IMG/VR virus record: IMGVR_UViG_3300025375_000016
Location: 1-28,337 of that record
Length of the DNA stretch: 28,337 bases
Direction: 5' to 3' (one strand)
Source of the DNA: a virus
Taxonomy: Duplodnaviria > Caudoviricetes
A program made the translations under genes and the position numbers. This document shows, in pieces, positions 9,220-16,958 of the stretch (the stretch's first letter is position 1; every line of letters starts with the position of its first letter). The notes below the pieces were generated by a model that worked only from the letters and a program-made list of their open reading frames with translations, ran no database searches and was not told the origin of the DNA.

Positions 9220-9754
9220 TCCTCAAATCATAGATATATGTAAAGAACATAATCTCGATTCAGAAGTAATAGTTCTTGTATTATTGGCTCATTACTTCAA
9301 TGTTATACCAAATTCATTTAAAACAACATATGAAGAAGAGATCAAAGCTCTATACTTCTTAGGTATAGTAACACCTAATGAAGATTTCAGTAGTATTACC
9401 AACTGGAACATTCCTTTATTTAATGATGAAGCAATTGCTGATGAATGGTCATGGGTAATCAGTGAATATAGGGTGCTGTTTACTAAAAGAAGAAGTGATG
9501 CGGGTGGAACCATAGCATCGTGTGTAGATAAGATGAAAAAGTTCTTTGCTGAAAATCCTTCTGTTAGAAAAGATGATATTATAGAAGCAGCAAAGCTTTA
9601 TATCAAACAAACATCTGATCCAAAGTTTCTGCAAAAGGCTAGTTACTTCATCAATAAGAATAAGACTGAAAGTAGGTTATCAGAGTATTTGGAAATACTT
9701 AAAGCAAAAGAAAAGAAAGTTGCTGAAGTTGATAAATACAACAAGATACACTGA
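9200..9754 (+). CDS. Conserved replication-associated protein upstream of DnaB (possible initiator/helicase loader)
   Basis: 184-aa ORF directly before the DnaB gene; function inferred from position only. Confidence 0.6.
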   Translation: MKSSSINPQIIDICKEHNLDSEVIVLVLLAHYFNVIPNSFKTTYEEEIKALYFLGIVTPNEDFSSITNWNIPLFNDEAIADEWSWVISEYRVLFTKRRSDAGGTIASCVDKMKKFFAENPSVRKDDIIEAAKLYIKQTSDPKFLQKASYFINKNKTESRLSEYLEILKAKEKKVAEVDKYNKIH

Positions 9755-9757
9755 GTT

Positions 9758-11145
9758 ATGAATTTTATAGAAGAGTTCAAAAGTGGTCAAGAGGGTAGAA
9801 ACATAGGCTTACATACAGGTATTTGTGGAGATGTATTTGATGAAGCAACTAACGGAATACAACATGGTGCGGTGTACTCAATAGGAGCCGCTCCAAAGGT
9901 TTAACAAATATAAATTAGACCTTATAAAACCCTGTGAATTGCTGGAACGTCTGGAAGCAGATAATCAGCAGCCAAGCGATATAGAAATATATGGAAGGTT
10001 CAACGACTAACTCAAGGAATCTTAACAGATAGTGCTGAAGATAGTAAAGAGACACGAGCGCAGGGCATACTTACATAAGTATGATGATATAGTCTGGACT
10101 GCACATATAACTAATGAAAGTGCAGAATTAGAGGATAAAGAACCTTTAAGATAACACAACGGGAAAGACTACGTTTGCAGATCAAGCGTTTCTATTAACT
10201 CCATATATGCAGATGAGTAAAGACCCTTCAATAGATGTTGAATGGTTATACTTCTCATACGAAATTAGTAGAGTTAGGAAAGAGTTTAAACTAGCTCCTT
10301 ACTTCTTTAAGACTGTATACAATATTAGAGGTTTCACATATAAAGATAAGAAGTATAGAATCTGTAGCAACTATCTATTAGGTAGGCTAAAAGATAAAGA
10401 AACAGGTGAGTTGATAAAAGTAAGTCCTGAACATAAAGAAATGTTAAAGACTATATACAATGATTACTTAGTTAAGATATTTGGTGAATATAACAGCTCT
10501 GGTAGACGAGTAAAGAAAGGTAAAGTGTCATTTTATGAGAAGAGAGAAACTCCTACAGGTATAGCAAAGATCATAAGGGCGTATGCTAAACAGAATGGTA
10601 CACTGATTTACGGAGCCACCAAAGTAAAAAATGATCAGGGGCAGATGGTTGAGAAAAACGGAGTGATTGCTTATAAGCCTAATAATCCCGATAAACATCA
10701 CATCTTTATTATTGACCATCTTAGAAAACTAAAACATGAGAAAGGGATGGATGAGAGGTTAACAATCAATAAAATGTTAGAGTATGAAGTAGAACTTAGA
10801 AATTTATGTAAGTTTACTTTTGTTAATATCATTCATCTTAATAGATCTATTGGTTCTGTAGATAGAATGAAGTTTGCTGAAGACAGTATTTACCCAACAG
10901 GTGATGATTTCAAGTCTAGCGGTAACATATCAGAAGAAAGTGATTATGTAATAACACTATTCAACCCTAGAGATGAGAAGTTCAAACTTGAAAAACATTT
11001 TGGTGTAGATATTACAAAGTACCCTAACTATAGAAGTGTTCATCTTGTGGAAAGTAGAGACACTGATTGTCCATTTCATATAGGAGGTATTATTGATGCA
11101 GAAGCAAATATGTTTAATGAGTTACCAAAACCCAAAACAAAATGA
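9758..11145 (+). CDS. dnaB: DnaB-like replicative helicase, spliced: join(9758..9901,10162..11145), 375 aa
   Basis: Exon 1 MNFIEEF...SIGAAPKV plus exon 2 GKTTFADQ... rebuilds Walker A AAPKVGKT in frame; YFSYE, Walker B IFIIDH, HLNR and DFKSSG..E..D motifs follow. Confidence 0.88.
9902..10161 (+). ncRNA. Group I self-splicing intron (IA-like, no internal ORF), 260 nt
   Basis: P1: exon AAGGTT pairs with GACCTT (9918-9923), U-G at splice site; P AATTGCTGGAA 9937-9947; Q AATCAGCAGCC 9963-9973; R GTTCAACGACTAA 9998-10010; P3 CCCTGTG 9930-9936/CGCAGGG 10059-10065; P8 10066-10083; S GATATAGTCT 10086-10095; P9 CTGCAC/GTGCAG; terminal G 10161. Confidence 0.93.
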
Positions 11146-11228
11146 AACTATCTAACAAAGGTTGTCTTAACGATGATAATTGTTATATGATAATTTATAC
11201 AAAAAACCAGATAATAGATAACACATGA
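11142..11228 (+). CDS. Mini-ORF, 28 aa (not in ORF track)
   Basis: MKLSNKGCLNDDNCYMIIYTKNQIIDNT; ATGA overlap at both ends. Confidence 0.4.
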   Translation: MKLSNKGCLNDDNCYMIIYTKNQIIDNT

Positions 11229-11332
11229 TAGAAGAACTGTTAGAGAGACTTAGTATTATATACATAAAAGTTAAATGTTTTTTATGTCAATTTTTCGTAC
11301 TTCATGAAAAGAACGATCAAAACAATTATTAA
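11225..11332 (+). CDS. Mini-ORF, 35 aa (not in ORF track)
   Basis: MIEELLERLSIIYIKVKCFLCQFFVLHEKNDQNNY; ATGA overlap upstream; TAA abuts ATG 11333. Confidence 0.45.
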   Translation: MIEELLERLSIIYIKVKCFLCQFFVLHEKNDQNNY

Positions 11333-12091
11333 ATGGGTAATGTAATTTTTCTAGTAGGTGATACAGGTACGGGTAAGAGTCATTCATTGCAGTATCTAAA
11401 TTCAGATAGTACAGCGATTATTAATGTGTTAGGTAAACAACTACCTTGGAGGGGTAGTAAAAAAGATTACAATGCTGAGAAAAAGAACATTGTTAAACGT
11501 ATCAAGAATGCTGACGTTATTGCAGCACTTAAAACTAAAGGTGAAGATCCTAAAGTTAACGTAATCGTACTTGATGATATTGGTTATGTAATGATAGAAG
11601 ACTTCTTTGCAAAAGCTAATATAGCTGGATTTGAAAAGTTTACAGTACTAAGTAAGAATCTTGCAGATTTAATAAAGACAGCTAAAGATGTAGTACCTTC
11701 TAATAAAACTGTTATTTTTTGTTTTCATGAAGATATATCTGATAAAGAATCTATCAAAAAGATCAAACTCATAGGCAAAATGATAGATGATAAATACAAT
11801 CCTATAGGAGTTGTATCTATCTGCATTTTCACAAGAGTCACTTTTGACGGTAAAGGAAATCCTGAATTCAACTTCATAGTCCGAAGAAGTATCACAGACA
11901 CTGGTATTACAATACCCGCAAAGGCCCCTGACGGCATGTTTACCCAAGCAGTGATACCAAACAACATGGGCTACGTAATTGACTGTATGAACGCTTATTA
12001 TGACGGTAATGAACCTCCAGTCCTGTTAAGTGACAAAAAGGAGAGTTCAGAGGACGAAAATAATAGTGAGAATGATGACGAAAATGAATAA
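11333..12091 (+). CDS. AAA_24/Sak4-like P-loop ATPase (putative recombination/annealing protein)
   Basis: Walker A GDTGTGKS, Walker B VIVLDD, GKMIDDK, AKAPDGMF; acidic tail. Confidence 0.85.
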   Translation: MGNVIFLVGDTGTGKSHSLQYLNSDSTAIINVLGKQLPWRGSKKDYNAEKKNIVKRIKNADVIAALKTKGEDPKVNVIVLDDIGYVMIEDFFAKANIAGFEKFTVLSKNLADLIKTAKDVVPSNKTVIFCFHEDISDKESIKKIKLIGKMIDDKYNPIGVVSICIFTRVTFDGKGNPEFNFIVRRSITDTGITIPAKAPDGMFTQAVIPNNMGYVIDCMNAYYDGNEPPVLLSDKKESSEDENNSENDDENE

Positions 12092-12097
12092 AGCATT

Positions 12098-12130
12098 TTG
12101 TTGATATAGAAAAAAGTGATATACTATAGT
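12098..12130 (+). promoter_or_regulatory. Sigma70-like promoter
   Basis: TTGTTG (12098-12103), 16 nt, TATACT (12120-12125) with extended -10 TG at 12117-12118; alternative TTGATA-18 nt-TATAGT; lies in a non-coding gap. Confidence 0.5.
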
Positions 12131-12215
12131 CGATGAGGGTTTGAATAAGTCTTCAGAAGCTATTTAAACAAACGGCATTTCGCCAAAAACAAAACATCTT
12201 TCCAAGGGATATATT

Positions 12216-12500
12216 ATGACACAGGAAGCAAATACAGTAGTAAACATCACTAAGAGCCAGATTATCGCAGACCTTAATGCAGGTCTTACCCGTAAGCAGA
12301 TTTTCACAAAATACGGTCAGAGTGCCGCTGTTGGTAAAAGCATGATTAACACTTTTGGACTAAAGAATGCAAAACGCAAAGGTGCAAAATCTGGCGTATC
12401 TTTCAATTTTGTTGACGATACATCAGAAGGTGTAAATGCAGCAGCAGAAGCAGCAGTAGCATCTATTGAAGCACCAGTAACTTCTGACGACCTATATTGA
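12216..12500 (+). CDS. Small putative HTH DNA-binding protein with acidic tail
   Basis: 'I..DL.AGLTRKQI..KYG.S' helix-turn-helix-like pattern, basic patch KRK; flanked by promoter and terminator. Confidence 0.7.
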   Translation: MTQEANTVVNITKSQIIADLNAGLTRKQIFTKYGQSAAVGKSMINTFGLKNAKRKGAKSGVSFNFVDDTSEGVNAAAEAAVASIEAPVTSDDLY

Positions 12501-12532
12501 TCAAACCCTGATCTAATAACTCATTACAAACC

Positions 12533-12568
12533 AAAGATAGCCTGCAATCAAGTAGGCTATCTTTTTTT
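12533..12568 (+). terminator. Rho-independent terminator
   Basis: AAAGATAGCCTGC-aatcaa-GTAGGCTATCTTT followed by a T-run. Confidence 0.85.
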
Positions 12569-12602
12569 ACACCAAAACAAACAAAATAAAGGATAATAAC
12601 AC

Positions 12603-13328
12603 ATGTCATTTGGGTATAGTGAAGAAACCGTAGGAAGTAATAAAGTATTTGGTCTTAATCAGAAAGCTAATGTCGTAACTTTTGAATGGATCAATACAGC
12701 AGGTAAAGGTGGGTCTGAAGGTGAAGCTCTTGAGATCAAAGTATTGATTCAAGGAGATACTACACCTATCTCTTATCGTCAGTACCCGATCACAAAAGTG
12801 ACAAACTTCAATGATAAGAGTGAGATCACAGATCCTGAACATCCTCTATTTAAGAAGGCTGAGAAAGTATGGGCAGGCAATATCACACATATCATGAAGT
12901 CTTTAGGTGTAACTGAAGAGACGCTGAAAGAGAAGTTGTCAGTACAAATCCCTACATTCAAAGAGTACTGCAAAATTCTCATGGGAATGCTTCCTAAGAA
13001 CTTTGCAACAAAGTCTGTAGATGTCTTTCTTCAATACCAGTCTACTCTCAGAGGTAAGATGACCTTCCTAGAACTACCAAAGAATCCTAATGCCGGTAAG
13101 TTCTTGATACCTGCTGTCAAACCTGTAGGTGCATGGAAAGAACTGAAAGATGTTTCTGGTCTTAAGTATGTTGATGATGAAAATAACATTCATCCATTCA
13201 AGAGAACTGCCAAATACTTCGAGCAAAAGTGTGCAAAACAACAGTTTGCAGAAGATGAAGACGTAACTCTTCATGGTGATGGCACTACAGGAGAGACTGT
13301 GGAAGGTGGCGCAAGTGATGACTGGTAA
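12603..13328 (+). CDS. Putative single-stranded DNA-binding protein
   Basis: Between AAA ATPase and primase; acidic flexible tail ending in an aromatic residue (DDW), typical of SSBs. Confidence 0.65.
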   Translation: MSFGYSEETVGSNKVFGLNQKANVVTFEWINTAGKGGSEGEALEIKVLIQGDTTPISYRQYPITKVTNFNDKSEITDPEHPLFKKAEKVWAGNITHIMKSLGVTEETLKEKLSVQIPTFKEYCKILMGMLPKNFATKSVDVFLQYQSTLRGKMTFLELPKNPNAGKFLIPAVKPVGAWKELKDVSGLKYVDDENNIHPFKRTAKYFEQKCAKQQFAEDEDVTLHGDGTTGETVEGGASDDW

Positions 13329-13352
13329 ATAACCCCTAAAACAATAACAAAA

Positions 13353-14315
13353 ATGATAACAGTAAAAGAAGCCCTTCACAAAGTGAATCAAGAACAGACA
13401 TTTGCAAAAGTGTTTGGTGAACTACCTATCTTAGATAGAACATATATATCACCATTTAGAAAGAATGATACAAACCCTGGTTGTTATTTTGAATGGCACA
13501 ACGATATATTATATTTTGTTGATTGGGCTTCTTCTATTGTTAATAAGGATTGCATACAAGCCATTATGTCAAAATATAACATGAGACTTGCTGATGCAAT
13601 AGACTTTGCAATGTCTGATATAGAACTTAAACCACAGAAAATAAAGACGGAAACTTTTATAAAAAGTTCGTCAAAAACTATAATAATACCAATAAAGAGA
13701 ACGACTTCTAATACTGACATACTTTATTGGAAACGATATGGCATTAGCATAGATAACTTAACAGAAGATGTTGTATTCCCTATCAAAGCTGTTAATCTCT
13801 ATAGTAAGTCATCATGGAAGCGAATAAACTATATGTCTGACTCTTACTGCATAACAGTCGCTATTGACAGATTTAAGATTTACCGACCACATGAAACAGG
13901 AAAAAGCAAATGGTTATCTAATGTATCTAAAAACACTATAGGGTCTATGAACAGTCTATCATACATATCTGATGTTGTGATAATAACTAAATCATACAAA
14001 GACTGTAGGGTTATAAGAAACTTAGGCTATGAATGCGTCTGGTTTCAAAGCGAAAGTGTCTTACCTGATCACTTAGTAATGCTCCCAGTATTTCAGAAAT
14101 ATAGAAGAGTTATCGTTTTATTCGACAACGATGATGCAGGTCTTGCTGGAGCTATAAACTTAGTAAAACATCTAAACAGTATATTTAAAGACAAGGTTAT
14201 AACAAGTATTGCTTCTTCTCAGTCTCATATTAAAGACATTTCAGAAATGTACTGTTTCAAAGGAGAAGAGTACACTAAGCAATTTCTACATGAAAATACC
14301 AGTAACAATACATGA
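13353..14315 (+). CDS. dnaG: DnaG-type primase (TOPRIM)
   Basis: N-terminal SPFR..D..P.C, TOPRIM ITKSYKD and FDNDDAG, KDISE. Confidence 0.85.
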   Translation: MITVKEALHKVNQEQTFAKVFGELPILDRTYISPFRKNDTNPGCYFEWHNDILYFVDWASSIVNKDCIQAIMSKYNMRLADAIDFAMSDIELKPQKIKTETFIKSSSKTIIIPIKRTTSNTDILYWKRYGISIDNLTEDVVFPIKAVNLYSKSSWKRINYMSDSYCITVAIDRFKIYRPHETGKSKWLSNVSKNTIGSMNSLSYISDVVIITKSYKDCRVIRNLGYECVWFQSESVLPDHLVMLPVFQKYRRVIVLFDNDDAGLAGAINLVKHLNSIFKDKVITSIASSQSHIKDISEMYCFKGEEYTKQFLHENTSNNT

Positions 14316-14916
14316 ATCTTGGTATAGGTCTTTACAACCACACTTCCAAGACAGCTCTACAGTAACCTTCCTAAAAAGAAACATCCTACCAAGTCATATA
14401 TTCTTTCCACCAACAGAAGATATATTCAATGTGTTTAAAATGCCTATCCACAAGATTAAGCTAGTAATTTTAGGCCAAGACCCTTACCCAAACACAGGAC
14501 AAGCTATAGGCTATGCTTTTGCAATAGATAAAAACACTTCTAAACCTCCATCACTTAGAATCATTGAGAAAGAGTTAGGTCATACTTTATCTAATGAGCT
14601 AACAGAGTGGAGAAAACAAGGAGTTTTTCTGTTGAATACAGCACTAACGGTCAAAGCTAAGACAGCAGGTAGTCATCTAATGTACTGGAAAGAATTTACT
14701 AAATCTGTAATTAACGAAATATCAAGAGTTAATCCTTGTAGTTGGTTACTGATGGGTAAACATGCTCAGTCATTTGAATTATATATCCAAGAGGAAGGTA
14801 ATATAATATATAAAACACCTCATCCAGCAGCAGAAACTTATGCAGGAGGTAAAGCAGGCTTCTATGGTAGTAATGTGTTTAAGAAAATCAACAATTCTTT
14901 ATTAATAAATTTATAA
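14290..14916 (+). CDS. ung: Uracil-DNA glycosylase, family 1
   Basis: GQDPY, A.GYAF, PPSLR.I, W..QGVFLLNTALTV, HPAA; start set at ATG 14290. Confidence 0.93.
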   Translation: MKIPVTIHESWYRSLQPHFQDSSTVTFLKRNILPSHIFFPPTEDIFNVFKMPIHKIKLVILGQDPYPNTGQAIGYAFAIDKNTSKPPSLRIIEKELGHTLSNELTEWRKQGVFLLNTALTVKAKTAGSHLMYWKEFTKSVINEISRVNPCSWLLMGKHAQSFELYIQEEGNIIYKTPHPAAETYAGGKAGFYGSNVFKKINNSLLINL

Positions 14917-14927
14917 TAAGTATAATC

Positions 14928-15689
14928 ATGCAAGTTACAACATTTGAGAACGGAGTTAAGAACGTATACAATATTGAAATCGCACCTAAGACCTTTGCTG
15001 AACTACAGGTTGAGTTACGTAATCAAGGTGTTTATACCAATTGGGAAGAAAAGACTGTCGAACTAAGGCCAGGAAAAGTACAGCTTGTTCCAATATCAGA
15101 GATTCCCGACACTAACATCGTTTTGTTCTTGTTTCCAATTGATACAAAAGGTGGAACGACAAGAAGAGAACTTGAAGCTATTGCTAAAGTCGCTAGTCAG
15201 TCAAGTACTTCCGGTAAAATACATTTTAAAGGTTACACTTCTATACGTACCAATGACCTTATTGCAAAAGTTGATTCATGGAACCAAATGAAGACAAAGT
15301 CCACCAAAGCAAAAAAAGTTAAGGCTGAGAAAATTTTATCAAATGTTCCAGTAGATACTTCTGTAACAATCAATACGGATAATGCAACTGTTGTAGCAGA
15401 GTCACCTGAAGCTAAACAGGCTATCGTCAATGTTGTACAGGCTAACATCGACAAGGTAAAAGAAGAGATTACAGAGTCTATTGTTGATAGTGCTCTTGAG
15501 TATCTCAGCTTAAGCAAGGTAGTTCTTGCAAAAACATCTATTCCTGATTATAAGAAAGGTATTCTTGAGTTTATTGCAAACGATAATCAGTTACCTGTTG
15601 ATACTGAAGCTGAAGAAATTGCCCGTCTACAGAGAGAATATGATGCTTCAGAGAAGTACTTCGGTGGTAATCTGAAAAGAAAGCTGTAA
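14928..15689 (+). CDS. Putative ubiquitin-like (beta-grasp) precursor: ~76-aa domain ending KGG, fused to a helical C-terminal region
   Basis: beta-beta-alpha-beta pattern ('TFAELQVEL' helix, 'IVLFLFP' last strand) ending T-K-G75-G76; first gene of the E2/JAB/E1 cluster; fold is inferred. Confidence 0.6.
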   Translation: MQVTTFENGVKNVYNIEIAPKTFAELQVELRNQGVYTNWEEKTVELRPGKVQLVPISEIPDTNIVLFLFPIDTKGGTTRRELEAIAKVASQSSTSGKIHFKGYTSIRTNDLIAKVDSWNQMKTKSTKAKKVKAEKILSNVPVDTSVTINTDNATVVAESPEAKQAIVNVVQANIDKVKEEITESIVDSALEYLSLSKVVLAKTSIPDYKKGILEFIANDNQLPVDTEAEEIARLQREYDASEKYFGGNLKRKL

Positions 15690-15711
15690 GTAATATAGTC
15701 TTTCATAACTT

Positions 15712-15741
15712 AATAGGGTAGTATCATAGCTACCCTATTTT
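15712..15741 (+). terminator. Rho-independent terminator/attenuator between the Ubl-like and E2-like genes
   Basis: AATAGGGTAGT-atcata-GCTACCCTATT followed by TT. Confidence 0.75.
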
Positions 15742-15752
15742 AATTAAAAAAC

Positions 15753-16958
15753 ATGGATAATATAATAGATAAGATCAATAGTAAAAGTTATGCAAACGTA
15801 GAAGATTTGTTGAATGTAGCAAAAGAAGTTCCTTTTCTGTTTAGAATATCTGAAAAACAAGAAAAGACATTGAGAGCGGTTGTAGCAGTATTAGAAGAAG
15901 AGTATGGAGAAAGGTTTGATTTAAAGATTTATATATCGTCTAACCGTAGGTCTAAGCAGAAGTTTATTGCGAAAATAGAATTGATAATACGTTATGATGT
16001 TATGACTATTACAAGTACGGATGGTTTACAGCATACAACAAAAGAGTTATATGTCATACATCCTTTATCTTTTAGTGATGAAGATAGGCTGATGATATCT
16101 GATAGGATTAGAGTATTCAGTACATATTTTACATTAGCTGAGCTACATAACAAATATGTACATAGTCATATACCTGATGGTTTTGTAAACAATTTTATAT
16201 ATCAAGTCCAAAGTTATAAAGAAAAGAGATTTAATATATACTCTGATAGTGATGAGTTATGTCTAGGTAGTAGTAGTCTAACACAAGCTATATCTCAATT
16301 ATATGATCAAGATGTGACAGACTTCTTGTACTATTTTAACTATGTAGATCATTTCTTAGCGAATGAACATAAAAGTGGTACTTTCAGTGGTAAAAAGTTA
16401 GAACAATTAAAAGCTGTTATTAAAAGTGTAGATAGTACAAATCAGTACAGAAGACTTGCCTTTGTCCAAACAGAAATAAGACCTATAATAAGAAATTGGA
16501 TAATTGAAGCTATAAATTGGATAATTGAAAATATAGATGTGTCATTATCATTGATAGAAAATGTTCGATTTACAGGTACTAGATTTGAAGTTGATACTAA
16601 AGCAGTAGAAGAATATATCTTACAACATATTAATGATGTGGATTCAGTAACAACTATATATAACACTATTGATAAATGCTATTATGAAAAGTATATTAGT
16701 GGTATCACAATAGACCTTACTAATACAAGAAATATTGTAAAAGATTATAACAATAAAGGTAACATAGGTGTTTACTTCCGAAACAAATGGGTTCCTATTA
16801 CACTTGAAGATGACATACCTAAAGCTACTGAAAACATACAAGAAAATTATATAACAGTTCTTCGTCCTGCTGTAACAGCTTTAATTGCTAAAAGACTAAA
16901 TAAAATAATTAACCAGAAATATTATGAGTACCGATGTAAAAAAGAGACCTTTATATAA
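15753..16958 (+). CDS. Putative prokaryotic E2-like (UBC-fold) protein
   Basis: Y-V-H137-S-H-I...L-C170-L-G echoes the E2 HPN/HPH...CL signature; C170 is the only Cys in the first ~300 aa; gene context. Confidence 0.55.
   Translation: MDNIIDKINSKSYANVEDLLNVAKEVPFLFRISEKQEKTLRAVVAVLEEEYGERFDLKIYISSNRRSKQKFIAKIELIIRYDVMTITSTDGLQHTTKELYVIHPLSFSDEDRLMISDRIRVFSTYFTLAELHNKYVHSHIPDGFVNNFIYQVQSYKEKRFNIYSDSDELCLGSSSLTQAISQLYDQDVTDFLYYFNYVDHFLANEHKSGTFSGKKLEQLKAVIKSVDSTNQYRRLAFVQTEIRPIIRNWIIEAINWIIENIDVSLSLIENVRFTGTRFEVDTKAVEEYILQHINDVDSVTTIYNTIDKCYYEKYISGITIDLTNTRNIVKDYNNKGNIGVYFRNKWVPITLEDDIPKATENIQENYITVLRPAVTALIAKRLNKIINQKYYEYRCKKETFI
16493..16529 (+). repeat. Short direct repeat, period 21 (NWIIE twice)
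   Basis: AAATTGGATAATTGAA at 16493-16508 and 16514-16529. Confidence 0.8.

Noticed and set aside
9902-10161. tRNA, riboswitch or replication origin in the gap before the helicase ORF
   Set aside because: No cloverleaf; the sequence is fully accounted for by group I P/Q/R/S elements and in-frame exon joining
10207-11145. Stand-alone 312-aa ORF read as a truncated or inactive helicase
   Set aside because: The missing Walker A is restored by the upstream exon once the intron is removed
3893-15291. Alternative-frame + strand ORFs 3893-4075, 6589-6777 and 15085-15291
   Set aside because: Nested in better-supported genes, with no start signals or motifs
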